From: Octopus vulgaris
Taxonomy: Eukaryota
Assembly (NCBI GenBank): GCA_951406725.2
Contig: OX597817.1
Location: forward strand, 175,274,001-175,338,000
Length of the DNA: 64,000 nucleotides
Direction: 5' to 3'
Numbering within the stretch: position 1 is the stretch's first letter; every line of letters begins with the position of its first letter. This document shows, piece by piece, positions 27,160 to 39,993 of the stretch. A program made the translations under genes and the position numbers. The notes under the pieces were generated by a model. That model had not been told where the DNA came from. It worked only from the letters and a program-made list of their open reading frames with translations, and searched no databases.

Positions 27160-28302
27160 CTAGAAATAAAAATTAAAAAAAGAAATTAGTGAAACAAAAT
27201 GGATATTATTATGAAATTCGTTAAGAGAAAAGTGCAAATATTTATCAATTATAAATGACTTGCAGAATTGAATTGATTCCGTCCTTTAAACTTATGCCTT
27301 CAAATATTGCAGAGATTGAATTTACTTTTTTTTTTATCTTGGCGGATCGATAAAAATAAAAGCCAGTAATAAAATAGAAATGATTTCACTTGATTATATC
27401 GACCCCACTTCAAAAATAATTGTTTTTATATCTCTACTAAAACCTAATCAGTATGTATTTATTCAGTATTATTGCTAACAGCTCTGTTTTTCAATAAATC
27501 TTTTACACGGAATTTACAACAATCTCAAATGGTTGTACTAGCACAAAATTCCAGACGCCGATGCTTCACACTGCAGTTGAAATATTCATATCTTGTAGCA
27601 AACTCATTTCCAGACAGGAATATTTTTTTACACCTAATGCCGTTCATGACTAAATCTAGCTAGCATTCTTTTGTTTCTATAAAAAGTGTTAATGCTACTT
27701 AAAAAGGACTGAAAGCTGAGTCGGTAGGGAGCCGTTAGAAAACTACTCTAACGACCAGAACGCACACACACATATATAACACACGCGTGGCCCTCCACAT
27801 CCTACCTCTCTTTCTCACACAGAGCAAAATTCTCGGCTGAAGCATCAGCAGTATTCTAAAAGTTGACGAATTTTCGTTGGCTTTCAAATAACTTCAATTT
27901 TACCGCGGGAAAAGTTTTTGCAGATTGTTCTCCTTTAAATTCATTGGGATATTTTACCCACAAAAGCGTAGATCAACAGACAGTATTTACATTTGATTGT
28001 ATATTATAATAGAATCGGTGAAATAAGTACTAATAGTATATGCAAGAATGATTAAATCGAGGGCTTTAGGGTTCCAACTTAGCGTTTTAAATGCGGAACA
28101 ATATTTCAAATGAAATGCAAAATGCACGGGCAAATAGACAAAACAAAAAAACAAAAAAACAAACTAACAAATATATAATAAGGTAAAAAAAACAAAGCAA
28201 TCCGAGACAGAGTTCTCATAGCTAAGCAATAATTCCCAGATATTTTCATATCCAAAATCACTTCGAGCTCAAATCATTTTGTGATTTCATCTAGAATTGT
28301 TG

Positions 28303-28514
28303 GGTACTATTTAAGAAGAGTGGTCCCGGTGCGCGCACTCGCGTACTCGCGTACTCGCGCTAGCTAGTCGTGACTAGTCGATCCTACAACGACTACCTAG
28401 CAAAGTAAATCAAACACAAAAACACAAAGTAAGGATCGACTAGTCACGACTAGCTAGCTCGGATGCGCGAGTACGCGAGTGCGCACACCGGGACCACTCT
28501 TCTTAAATAGTACC
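28303..28514. mobile_element. 212-bp MITE with long TIRs and a 9-bp TSD (Merlin- or Mutator-like)
   Basis: TIR GGTACTATTTAAGAAGAGTGGTCCCGGTG... / ...CACCGGGACCACTCTTCTTAAATAGTACC. TSD GAATTGTTG at 28294-28302 and 28515-28523. Confidence 0.92.
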
Positions 28515-28984
28515 GAATTGTTGTATTGGATTTCTGTTAAGCTAATCTAAACAACTAAATTTCTTAGCTTTTGAAAACTATTTACATACTTTGGCAAAAG
28601 AAATAAGCTATTAGTGAGTTCTTTAGATTAATGAATTTGAGTCGAATTCTCGACATATTTTTGATTTTCAATGGAATCCAATTCATTTGCGTCACAAGAA
28701 AACTTTGTGCGTCACCTTCCCTGAAATACAGTCTTAGTGTCTGGTCAAAAGGAGACCAATATTTGATTAATTATAAATGATTTCTAATAATTCAATACTA
28801 AACAAACCACCCTCGAATACCATATGCGATACACGAGGAATGCCATATGTAATATGAACTGAATGACTAGCAGGAATCAACAAATGATGGTAAACTAATT
28901 AAGTCTTAATATAAGACTGCTTTTTTGGTTTGATTTATCAAATGGAAAGTCAACAACGCCGGAATGTTATAGCACGCACACAAA

Positions 28985-29352
28985 CGCACACACGCTTACA
29001 CGCAAGCTCACACGCATGCATACACACATGCGCAAACATACGTACACACATACACAAACATACATACACACACACACGCTTACACGCATGCTCACACACA
29101 TACGCAAACATACGTACACAATACACAAACATACATACACACACACACGCTTACACGCATGCTCACACACATACGCAAACATACGTACACACATACACAA
29201 ACATACATACACACACACACGCTTACACGCATGCTCACACACATACGCAAACATACGTACACACATACACAAACATACATACACACACACACGCTTACAC
29301 GCATGCTCACACACATACGCAAACATACGTACACACATACACAAACATACAT
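28985..29352. repeat. Minisatellite, about 72-bp CA-rich unit, about 5 copies
   Basis: GCTTACACGC recurs at 28994, 29078, 29149, 29221 and 29293. Confidence 0.92.
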
Positions 29353-29437
29353 ATACATGCACATACACACACAAACACGTAAATACACATATTGACATGC
29401 ACGTACACGCATACAAATACGAACACAAAACACAAAC

Positions 29438-29477
<40 letters not shown>

Positions 29478-30008
29478 GACACAGACACACACATGTACAC
29501 TTACTAAATGTGTATATGTAAACACAAATTTGACATTTAGTATAAAAATGAAATATCAGCAAAACGTTGTTATTTTTTTGTTTGTTTGAAATAATCGCAG
29601 TAACGTAGAAGAAGCGAACCGTTTCAAAAGAACTTAATTATATCCCTGACAGATAAAGCTAATAAACATAAATATGTTTATTAGTTTTATCGTTTGGTGG
29701 TAGGAAGACAGGAAGGGGAAGAGGAAACAATAACCTATGAGTTACTGCTAACTACCATGTCGTTCCACGTGTGTGTAATCCAGGGGGAAATCAGTGGCTG
29801 CCAGTAAGTCTTTCGAAATTCTGTGTTGGTTGGGTTACTAGTCACGAGCTAAGCATGATGAGGATATAGCAATATGCACCCGCTTATAAGGCAGCCTACT
29901 GCCGATTCCAGCCCATGTATCTGGTCGTAAACTTTTAATTGGATACCGTTGCTATCGAAAACTCCCTGGCGATCAGTGCACGTCTCTTCTCTCTGATGGA
30001 ACCGGGGG

Positions 30009-30072
<64 letters not shown>

Positions 30073-30259
30073 TTGTATATATATATATAGAGAGGTTATG
30101 AGATGTAATGGTGTCATTGAGACCCAAAGATGTCAGGTAATGCTGAAGAAGTTAAGTTCCAGGTTTGGTGATATGCGAATAAGGGATTCAACGTAGGTCT
30201 TATATCAGCGTGTGTATATAAAAAATTTTTTTCGTAATGAGATAAAAAAACCAAGTAGA

Positions 30260-30306
30260 TAGGTCTTACAGCTGTTTGCAGGATATTTATTACATCCCTT
30301 CATCGG

Positions 30307-30308
<2 letters not shown>
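30260..30308 (-). ncRNA. Decayed minimal hammerhead motif
   Basis: Minus strand CCGATGA-AGGGAT gtaataaat ATCCT-GCAAA-CAGCTG-TA: palindromic stem III, both core boxes mutated. Confidence 0.45.
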
Positions 30309-30352
<44 letters not shown>

Positions 30353-30691
30353 AGAGAAACTGAAAGAAGCCTGTCGTATATATGTATATATATATATAAG
30401 TGTGTGTTCCCTGTGTTCCCTAGCATTGTTGACAACCGATGCTGGTGTGTTTACGTCCCCGTCACTTAGCGGTTCGGCAAAGAGACCGATAGAATAAGTA
30501 CTGGGCTTACAAAAAAAGAATAAGTCCGGGGTCGATTTCTGATTAAAGGCGTCAGCATGGCCGCAGTCAAATGACTGAAACAAGTAAAAGAGTAAAAGAG
30601 TATATATATATATATATATAAATATATATTCTCTCTAGTTTCAGCTCAGAGCTGCGGCCATGCTGGTGCACCACCGTTAAAATTGATGAAC

Positions 30692-30735
30692 AATCTTAGT
30701 CGATTTTCGAACCTTACTCGGTTCTCATCAGAGGC
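30692..30735 (-). ncRNA. Hammerhead-like motif with intact core boxes and weak stems I/III
   Basis: Minus strand CTGATGA-GAACC gagtaa GGTTC-GAAA-ATCGAC-TA-AG. Confidence 0.55.
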
Positions 30736-31349
30736 GTCCACATCATTCTGACAGTCTCGTCGTATTCTTCTCCGTGTAGATTACACTACATTCCAACTTT
30801 ACCCCCAAAGGTTTTGTCTTTGTGTATGTAGAGCTCACTCAGCCTCTCATTGATCCCTGTTTATTGTATTGGGTGCGACATATACATTCGCTATTATTCA
30901 TCTTATCATAAAATAAGAGTTTCATGAAAGTTTCTAGGCAAATCGTTATGTTTAGTCTTTTATGCTTTTATTCTTTTACTTGTCTCAGTCATTTGACTGC
31001 GGCCATGCTGGAGCACCGCCTTAAAGGGTTTTAGTTGATCAAATTGACCCCAGAACTTATTCTTTGTAAGCTTAGTACTTATTCTATCGGTCTCTTTTTG
31101 CCGAACCGCTAAACTATGGGGACATAAACGTACCAGCATCGGTTTTCAAGCAATGACGGGGGGACAAACACAGACACACATAAATACATTCACACACACA
31201 CATATTTATGTGAGGAGTTTCTTTCAGTTTCCTTCTACCAAATCCACTCAAGGCTATTGTAGAAGACACCTGCCCAAGTGGTACGTAGTGGGGCTGAATC
31301 CGGGATCATGTGGTTGGGAAGCAAGCTTCTTACCATACAGCTACGCCTT

Positions 31350-32400
31350 ACAATTCAAAATGGCCACCCTTTGCTTTCAGCACAGCCCTTAATATTTTTT
31401 CAACTGAAGTTCACGACTCTTTCACGACTCGCTTAAATTGGACCCCGACACCTTAAGAGCCTCTTTCAGGTCTGACACGCCTATAAGATGCGTGAAACAT
31501 CTCTCTCTAATATGAACCATATCACAAATCCATAGAATTACTATCAAGGCTTGATGGAGGCCAAATGAACTTGTCAAAAAGTCTCCGGAAATGTCTCTTG
31601 AATTAGTTCTGTTTTAACTAGTTTGAGGGATCTCCGGCTTTAGTGAATTCATAGCGACTTCCAAATGTGCCTGACAACCAGGACAACACATTTGCTGGTA
31701 AACTCTGCTCTTCACTTTCACAACTTCTTCAAAGAACACCAAGGGCGATTTCGAACCATAGACGCAAAGGGAGCCCAAACTAAGACACCAGTTGGTTTTT
31801 GCTGCTTGAATTGTGTTCTGACATGAATGTTTTCTAGTGAAGTGGCGTGAATCCAATCTTTTTAGTGGTTGATTTACAACCGCCATGGTGAAAACCTCGT
31901 CCGACCAAACGAAGAATTTGTCTGCAGTACGCTGTGTCACTTTCAAGCTTTTTACCCCTTGTCAAGTTGTTTTTACTTGGAGGCACTTGAGAGGAGCTAT
32001 CGTCGTCGAAGCTTGTATGGTTTTTGCCCTAAATCCCTTTCACTTTCCTCCGTAACCCCTATCCGAAATAAGTAGCTCTTTTGCCATTTTCTTCATGCTC
32101 TTTTTTGAATTTCCCTTCATCCTCTTATTGACGGTTTCAATTATCCTTCTGATACGAACAGAACGGTTTCTTCCTGGAATCGAATTTGGTGAAGGTATTT
32201 GCCCCTCTTGAAATATTTTTCGTACATTAAAAACAGTTTTTCTGCAAACGTTCAACTGCTTTATCACGTCACAATTCTTTATACCAGCCATTTTCAAAGT
32301 GACAATTTGTTCGCGGTTTGTATGAGCCGCCATATTTAATTAAGGATAAACAATAAAACAATAAAACAATAGAATGTTAAGAAGAGTTACACAACATTTG
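31350..32400 (-). mobile_element. Decayed Tc1/mariner-superfamily transposon (Tc1- or maT-like)
   Basis: HTH-like N-terminus (ORF 32040-32333), FVWSDE first catalytic Asp (ORF 31614-31946), and WPPSSLDSNSMD resembling WPPSSPDLNPxD near 31530-31565. Confidence 0.82.
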
Positions 32401-32821
32401 CAACTAGTTTTGCAAATAAGAATGTTTCAATTTATGTTTGAATAACGGGTAAATGTATATGCCACGCCTGGTGTGTCAACAATGAAATCATCCACTTTCT
32501 CTGGCTAAACATCTCTGTCACCCATTTTGTTGACTTTATTTTCTGTCTCCACCTATCCATCAATAGTTACACGACTGCCTCAAGTCCTTCATTTCTGACA
32601 GAGAGACTGTTATACCACTATTCCAAATAGGCGTAGGAGTGGCTGTGTGGTAAGTAGGCGTAGAAGTGGCTGTGTGGTAAGTAGCTTGCTTACGAACCAC
32701 ATGGCTCTGGGTTCAGTCCCACTGCGTGGCACCTTGCGCAAGTGTCTTCTACTATAGCCTCGGGCCGACCAAAGCCTTGTGAGTGGATTTGGTAGACGGA
32801 AACTGAAAGAAGCCCGTCGTA

Positions 32822-32987
<166 letters not shown>

Positions 32988-33076
32988 AACTGGCAAAATG
33001 ACCATTCCGAAATATAACAATATCTGTTTCAACACACGACTTCACGTAAAAAATCTTGCACAACAAATATCTAAAC

Positions 33077-33115
<39 letters not shown>

Positions 33116-33219
33116 AATAAACTGCAAAGTTCATTCCGAAATATAGAAGCAATATCTGTTTCAACACACGACTTTCACGTAATAAATTAATTTACTTGCA
33201 TGTAACAAATATTTAAAAC

Positions 33220-33259
<40 letters not shown>

Positions 33260-33415
33260 CGGACAAACCACCCACACCCGGATATGTCTCCGCAGACAAT
33301 AACTCTCTGCTCGAATGGGCCTTGGTGCCCAAATCCTGAACTGAAAGACTTCACCAGGTGGTGCTATTAAGTTAGACATGGCCTGGGCCAATACTGGCCA
33401 AAACCTTTCTAAGTT

Positions 33416-33539
<124 letters not shown>

Positions 33540-34061
33540 ATGTATGTATGTATGTGTGGCCGCAGTCGAATGACTGAAACAAGTAAAAAAAGTAACTGTT
33601 CTTTTTCTTACCTCTTCTTTTTTTATATATTTTTTCTCGTCCCCAAGCTCTGCCTCGCCCCCACACAACCATCATTATTTTTGTGCCCATCTGTTCGACT
33701 GACTACTTCCTAATGTAGGCAAAACAGCACACAACTGAACAGCCATCCCCAATGCGTTTTCCAAAATTTCATGTTAGCTAGCGGAACAAAGCTCCGCCAG
33801 TTATATGGAGACCGCCCTAGTAACTAAGCAGCTTACCACATCCCCCTAAGTATGCCTCTTTACTCCTCAACTGTAGACACTAAGCAGTTTGTAAACTATC
33901 TGTCCACCTGAACTGCAGAAATGTCTCTTACTAAAAAGGTCTGTAACAACTTTGCAGAATTCTTCTAATAACCACTCCTGAAATAAGATGGCCCTGAAAT
34001 TTACACTCCCGCTAGTGAAGTCACCGTACATGCTATATCTGAACTTCATACTGCATAAAAC

Positions 34062-34159
<98 letters not shown>

Positions 34160-36138
34160 TATTTCAAACTTTCCTTCCCCACTCCTCTTATTTTACCATC
34201 ATATGCATAAAGAGCTTAGCAAAGCAATATTTTACTTAATATTGGCAAAGTAGACAACACGTAGACAACTTCCTAGCTAACCTGAATGCCTATAATCTCT
34301 ATTACAAACGATTACGCGTTCCCATCACTTATAACAACATGAACTCCCCTGCACATGGTGACCACATTTCTTTAACTTCCACACACAGGTGACTTCCATA
34401 CGCCATCTAAACACCTCATACAAGTTGCATTACCTTTGTGAATAGACTTTGAAGGCGTTGTTTTTCAAAAGCATTACACTATGATAGTTATACTCTCCCT
34501 TTCACTCTTTTACTTGTTTCAGTCATGTGACTGTGGCCATGCTGGAGCACCACCTTTAGTCGAGCAAATCGACCCCAGGACTTATTCTTTGTAAGCCTAG
34601 TACTTATCCTATCGGTCTGTTTTTTGCCGAACCGCTAAGTTACGGGGACGTAAACACACCAGCATCGGTTGTCAAGCGATGTTGGGTGGGGACAAACAGG
34701 GACACACAAACACACACATATATACGACGGGCTTCTTTCAGTTTCCGTCTATCAAATCCACTCACAATGCTTTGGTCGGCCCGAGGTTATAGTAGAAGAC
34801 ACTTGCCCAAGGTACCACGCAGTGAGACTGAACCTGGAACCATGTGGTTCGCAAACAAGCTTCTTACAACACAGCCACTCACACAGGAAACAATCTTACA
34901 TCATATAAACCCTACAGATAAAAAGTGTACAATTAAAATACTTCAATTTGCTGCAACGTCTGGTGATCTCAGATGACAGTCACTCAAGTATAGCGTCATC
35001 AAAATAGCATCCCAAGCATTAGACATATTCTTTGAGGAAAGAATGTACTTCAACTCTGACGAGTTGCTGACCCCCTGAAAAACTCAAGAAAAACCAATAT
35101 TAAACTGTCACTCATACTGCTCACACTTGTACGATGATATTTTCTTCACATATTGAAACATATTGGATCGCATTCTAAATATCAGATCGGCCGATTGGTA
35201 AAAGCTCCCTCACCAATACTCTCACGACAACTCGGGCTCCGGTACCCGTTGTTTAGTTTCTGAATTCCTTCATGAAATACGATCACTGATGCACTTAACC
35301 AGCTAACCGTATACAGCAACTTCCTTTCTCTCACTATCTGTACTGCTTACCACATCGGGCATTAAACCACTTCTTCAAACATTAATCAGCAGAGACACAA
35401 CCCTTTGTAATTCCCTTCCTACCAGCACCAACTGGATGTAGACACGAACGTCTAGACGTTCAAACTGAACATTAGCGTTATCAAGCTCGCTAGTTTGGGA
35501 AGGCCTGCAAAGTATGGGCAATGTCCCAACAATTTGGACTGATAAAGCCTAATAAAAGAAAATTACAGATATAAAGAACTTTATACTAAAGTGCTTTCTG
35601 TTTCTTGCAACTGGCTGGTTTCGTACCGTCTCCACCCAGGAAGTCCAAATTTATTCATCTCTTTTCCTCTTACCCAGTTCTTCTTTTCGACATTACCATC
35701 CCGCTGAAATGATATACCCCTTCTCTACACGTCTTTCCTGCAGCCGTTGTCTTAATCACACAAATCTCAGAGAACCAAGGCTTCAGAATCTTTTTTGAGA
35801 CAGACCAAATGAAAAAAGAATTTTAAAAAACGAGGAAATATAATAAAAATAGTTTATCAACAGGTATGTATTGTACATTGAAACTTCTTGCAAATGCAAC
35901 TAAATGTATAATATATCTTCAAATCATATTGGACAGTAAGAGATATTAAAATTGATATATTAAAAAATAAAACGGCAAGCAAATAAGAAATAAGAGGAAA
36001 AGTAGAAAAAAACAAAGAAATAAAAAAAGCAAAAAGGAATTGCGTATTAAGAACATGAATTTATTCTTTTTGAAAAAAGAAAGAGAGAAAAGCGTAGGAA
36101 AACCCTCAAAGGGATTAAAATAATCTCGATTTACTTAC

Positions 36139-36166
36139 GGGTTTTTGGAAAGGCCTTGACAATAAT
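36139..36166 (-). CDS. Candidate 28-nt micro-exon of the VWA gene (signal-peptide end)
   Basis: Strong acceptor TTCTCTATCTTCCATTTCAG and donor GTAAGT. Read from phase 0 it gives IIVKAFPKT and splices in frame (C+AA=Q) to CVGKETD. Confidence 0.6.
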
Positions 36167-36225
36167 CTGAAATGGAAGATAGAGAACAATGAATGTCAAT
36201 GACAACGATATATACGCGTATAGTA

Positions 36226-36259
<34 letters not shown>

Positions 36260-36869
36260 AAAACATACATACAAATACACTTCCACTCCCACGCACGCAC
36301 ATATATAAATACATATATATACATACATATACATGCATGCATACCCACACATAGACACCCACCCCTCACACATATATTAAAATACATGTACGTACATACA
36401 TATATGCATACATACATACATACATACATACATACATACATACATACATACAAATACACCTCCACTCCCGCGCACACATATATAAATACATGTATATACA
36501 TATACATGCATGCATACACACACATAGACACCCACCCCGCACACATATATTAAAATACATGTACATACATACATACATACATACATACATACATACATAC
36601 ATACATACATACATACATAAATACATACATATACGTACATGCATACACACACACGTTTACATAACATATATACACAAACAACAACATTTAAAATAAATTA
36701 ATTAGACGTTAAATTCAAATTTATAATTAGTTTTAAACGTGTTGAGAAAACTCTTATGCAGAGACCGAGAAGCCATAGAGGTGCTGGCTGAAAATCCGTT
36801 TTCAAAAATAGAAAATGTAGTCGAAAAATCTTTCCGTACATACATATGACACAATATGAATCAATGAAA

Positions 36870-37295
36870 AGGCGGCGAGCTGGCAGAGTGGTTAGCACGC
36901 CGGGCGAAATGCTTAGCAGTATTTCGTCTGTCGTTACGTTTTGAGTTCAAATTCCGCCGAGGTCGACTTTGCTTTTCATCCTTTCGGGGTCGATTTAAAA
37001 AAATACCAGTTACGCACTAGGGTCGATATAAACGACTTAATCCGTTTGTCTGTCTTTGTTTGTCCCCTCTGTATTTAGCCCCTTGTGGGCAATAAAGAAA
37101 TAAGAAACGTTAGTACGCCGGGCGAAATGTTTAGCGTTTTTTCTTTCGTCTGTCTTTACGTTCTGAGTTGAAAGGTCGACTTTACCTTTCATCCTTTCGT
37201 GGTCGATAAATTAAGTACCCGTTGCGTACTGGGGATCGATCTAATCGAAACGGCCCTACCCTAAAATTTCGGGCCTTGTGCCTAGAGTAGAAAAG
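36870..37295 (+). mobile_element. Tandem SINE family A pair sharing one outer TSD
   Basis: Two consecutive copies (about 36870-37104 and 37105-37295). AATATGAATCAAT occurs on both outer flanks. Confidence 0.85.
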
Positions 37296-37503
37296 AATAT
37301 GAATCAATATGAATCACTTGCAGTTGTGCAGTGATTTTAATTAAGTTTCTATTAGAATTCTTGTTTAACCTTACTCAGACATAATTTTGAAAATAAAATC
37401 CACCACGAATGCATTATTAAGATTTCACTCTAATTAAATCGGATGATGTGCACACAAACATAAAGATGTATTTACACACACACACCAAAACGTGTGAATG
37501 TGC

Positions 37504-37565
<62 letters not shown>

Positions 37566-37680
37566 ATATTTCGGAATGATCATTTTGCCAGTTTAGCCAA
37601 TAAAAACACACGCACTATATATTTGGTGTTACTCTGCTTCAGAATTATTTATTTTTTACATTAATCTTACATATGTGGCT

Positions 37681-37715
<35 letters not shown>

Positions 37716-37876
37716 CGTATTTTTGCCATTTCAATATGGCTAACCCCTAAGGGTGGATGCTGCTGTAGTTTTTAGCCCCAGGAGGACACACTCCTCCAGC
37801 TGGCCATAGACACACTATCTGTGTCCTGTCAGTATTTGCAAAGGGAAGTCATCCTTCCCGTCTTCAACTTATGATA

Positions 37877-37921
37877 CACACGGACTCGAGTTTCGAGGTA
37901 TTGACCTCTCGTCAGCGTGTG
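37877..37921 (-). ncRNA. Type I hammerhead ribozyme (intact consensus)
   Basis: Minus strand CACACG-CTGACGA-GAGGT caat ACCTC-GAAA-CTCGAG-TC^CGTGTG. Confidence 0.93.
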
Positions 37922-38229
37922 ACAAACATAGTTGTCGCCGAGAATTAGATTTCCTTCACAAATACTTATACTTTTTCCAGCGTCCACTGTCGCTGATATT
38001 GAAAAAGTGAAATCAAACAATGATAAATATCAAAGTGAGTTATATACAGTAGCGGTAACACATCGTGACGTATTTTTGCCATTTCAATATGGCTAATCCC
38101 TAAGGGTGGATGCTACTGTAGTTTTTAGCCCCAGGAGGACACACTCCTCCAGCTGGCCATAGACACACTATCTGTGTCCTGTCAGTATTTGCAAAGGGAA
38201 GTCATCCTTCCCGTCTTCAACTTATGATA

Positions 38230-38274
38230 CACACGGACTCGAGTTTCGAGGTATTGACCTCTCGTCAGCGTGTG
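38230..38274 (-). ncRNA. Type I hammerhead ribozyme (intact consensus, second copy)
   Basis: Identical to 37877-37921. Confidence 0.93.
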
Positions 38275-38422
38275 ACAATCATAGTTGTCGCCGAGAATTA
38301 GATTTCCTTCACAAATACTTATACTTTTTCCAGCGTCCACTGTCGCTGATATTGAAAAAGTGAAATCAAACAATGATAAATATCAAAGTGAGTTATATAC
38401 AGTAGCGGTAACACATCGTGAC

Positions 38423-38494
<72 letters not shown>

Positions 38495-39280
38495 GAGTTG
38501 CTAGAAATAACAGTGAAATCATTAAAATATACACGAACAAAGTTAACATTAAAACATTCGTGGGCAAATTAAATATTTAAAAACTACTAACAAACCAACA
38601 AGAGTCGCTAGAAATAACAGTCAAAACATTGTTTGAAACTGACATTTATAAGTTTAAAAATTGAAGAACGAAAGTTTGCAATACACTCTAGGATTTTATA
38701 AAATAAATTATCTTTCTCGCATCTCCTTCTCCACATAAATTCACAAAGATAAGAGTCAACCATGGAACGGTGTGTCCTACACCGTAGTTTGTTTCCGCGC
38801 TTTAAAGATGCTCAGGTATTTTCAATTTGTTGAGTATGAGTTCTATCTTTAGAGTTTATAAATCCCCCTCCTTGTGCGCATGCACATCATCTTTGGCTAC
38901 TATGGAAACAGTTCTTCGCAATCAGCAATGCAATAAGTGCTGCTTCTTTGCTTTGGTTACTATGGAGAACAGAGTTCTTCGCCACGGTGATGTGTAAGAT
39001 ACTCGCTTCTGATTGGCTAAAATACCCAAATTTTGCAAATTTTAAAGGCTAACTTTTTAATTAAGGATTAATAGGGAAAATGAATTTCATTATCATAATT
39101 AATATACAAAACTTAATCCATATACCAAATTTGAAAACACTTAGAGCAAAATTGTAATCAATCACGAAAACCACAAAGATTCAGCTTTTTTTCGAAAACT
39201 TTTAAATGTGTGTGTTTGTAAGTACATATATTTTTTTGAGAGTGCGTATGTATATGTAAATATACATACATGTATGTATA

Positions 39281-39314
<34 letters not shown>

Positions 39315-39377
39315 TATGTCTGTATATATGCATGTATGTGTATGAAAATATACGTGTATATATATATATACATATGC

Positions 39378-39425
<48 letters not shown>

Positions 39426-39642
39426 ATATGAATGTATGTACATATATGTGTATATATGTATATGTATATATATGTATGTATGCATAGTGACGTGTTTAGT
39501 TTTTATAAACTTTCGGTAGAACATGTAATAATTCTTTTTGTAACTGTATTTCGAAGAACGTAAATACTATAAATAATAGGATGATAGCATATAATTATTG
39601 GATTGAAAAAGCCCTTGAGGCGGTATATTTAAATTCAGAGTA

Positions 39643-39680
39643 ACAGACACGTGTTTTGCCGCAGTTGTGGTCTTCAATGT
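39643..39680 (-). ncRNA. Decayed minimal hammerhead motif
   Basis: Minus strand ACA-TTGAAGA-CCACAACTGCGGC-AAAA-CACGTG-TC-TGT. Confidence 0.4.
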
Positions 39681-39948
39681 ATACTTGTGTCACTTCCGAA
39701 GCAAAATCGAATCCGCTCTTCTGAAGTATTCTTTTAATCTTTTATTCTTTTACTTGTTTCAGTGATTTGACTGCAACCATGCTGGAGCACCCCCTTTAGT
39801 TGAACAAATCGACCCCCAGGACTTATTCTTTGTAAGCTTAGTATTTATTCTATCTGTCTCTTTTTGCCGAACCGCTAAGTTACACGGATGTAAACGTAGC
39901 AACATCGGTTGTCAAGTGATGGGTGGTGGGGCAAACACAGGCACAAAT

Positions 39949-39993
<45 letters not shown>

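Larger units (their letters stand above)
37712..38426 (-). mobile_element. Retrozyme-like tandem dimer of a 353-bp non-coding monomer within (TA)n
   Basis: GTGACGTAT starts at 37712, 38065 and 38418 (period 353). Three differences noted between the copies by eye. Each copy holds an intact hammerhead. Confidence 0.88.

Noticed and set aside
35050-35095. CTGACGA...GAAA
   Set aside because: No stem II or stem I pairing; probably chance within a decayed retroelement.
35674-35703. Possible 30-nt minus-strand micro-exon (AG...GTAAGA)
   Set aside because: Lies in probable retroelement debris and is not needed for the gene model; no supporting evidence.
33650-35760. Complex sequence possibly from a Penelope or LINE ORF
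   Set aside because: Too decayed to assign by eye.
37829-38373. Two near-identical 63-aa ORFs
   Set aside because: By-product of the 353-bp tandem, with a non-ATG start, overlapping the ribozyme and with no recognisable protein features.
37712-38426. CRISPR-like or assembly-duplication explanation for the tandem
   Set aside because: There are no short repeats with unique spacers, and the copies differ at three positions, which argues against (but does not exclude) an assembly artefact.
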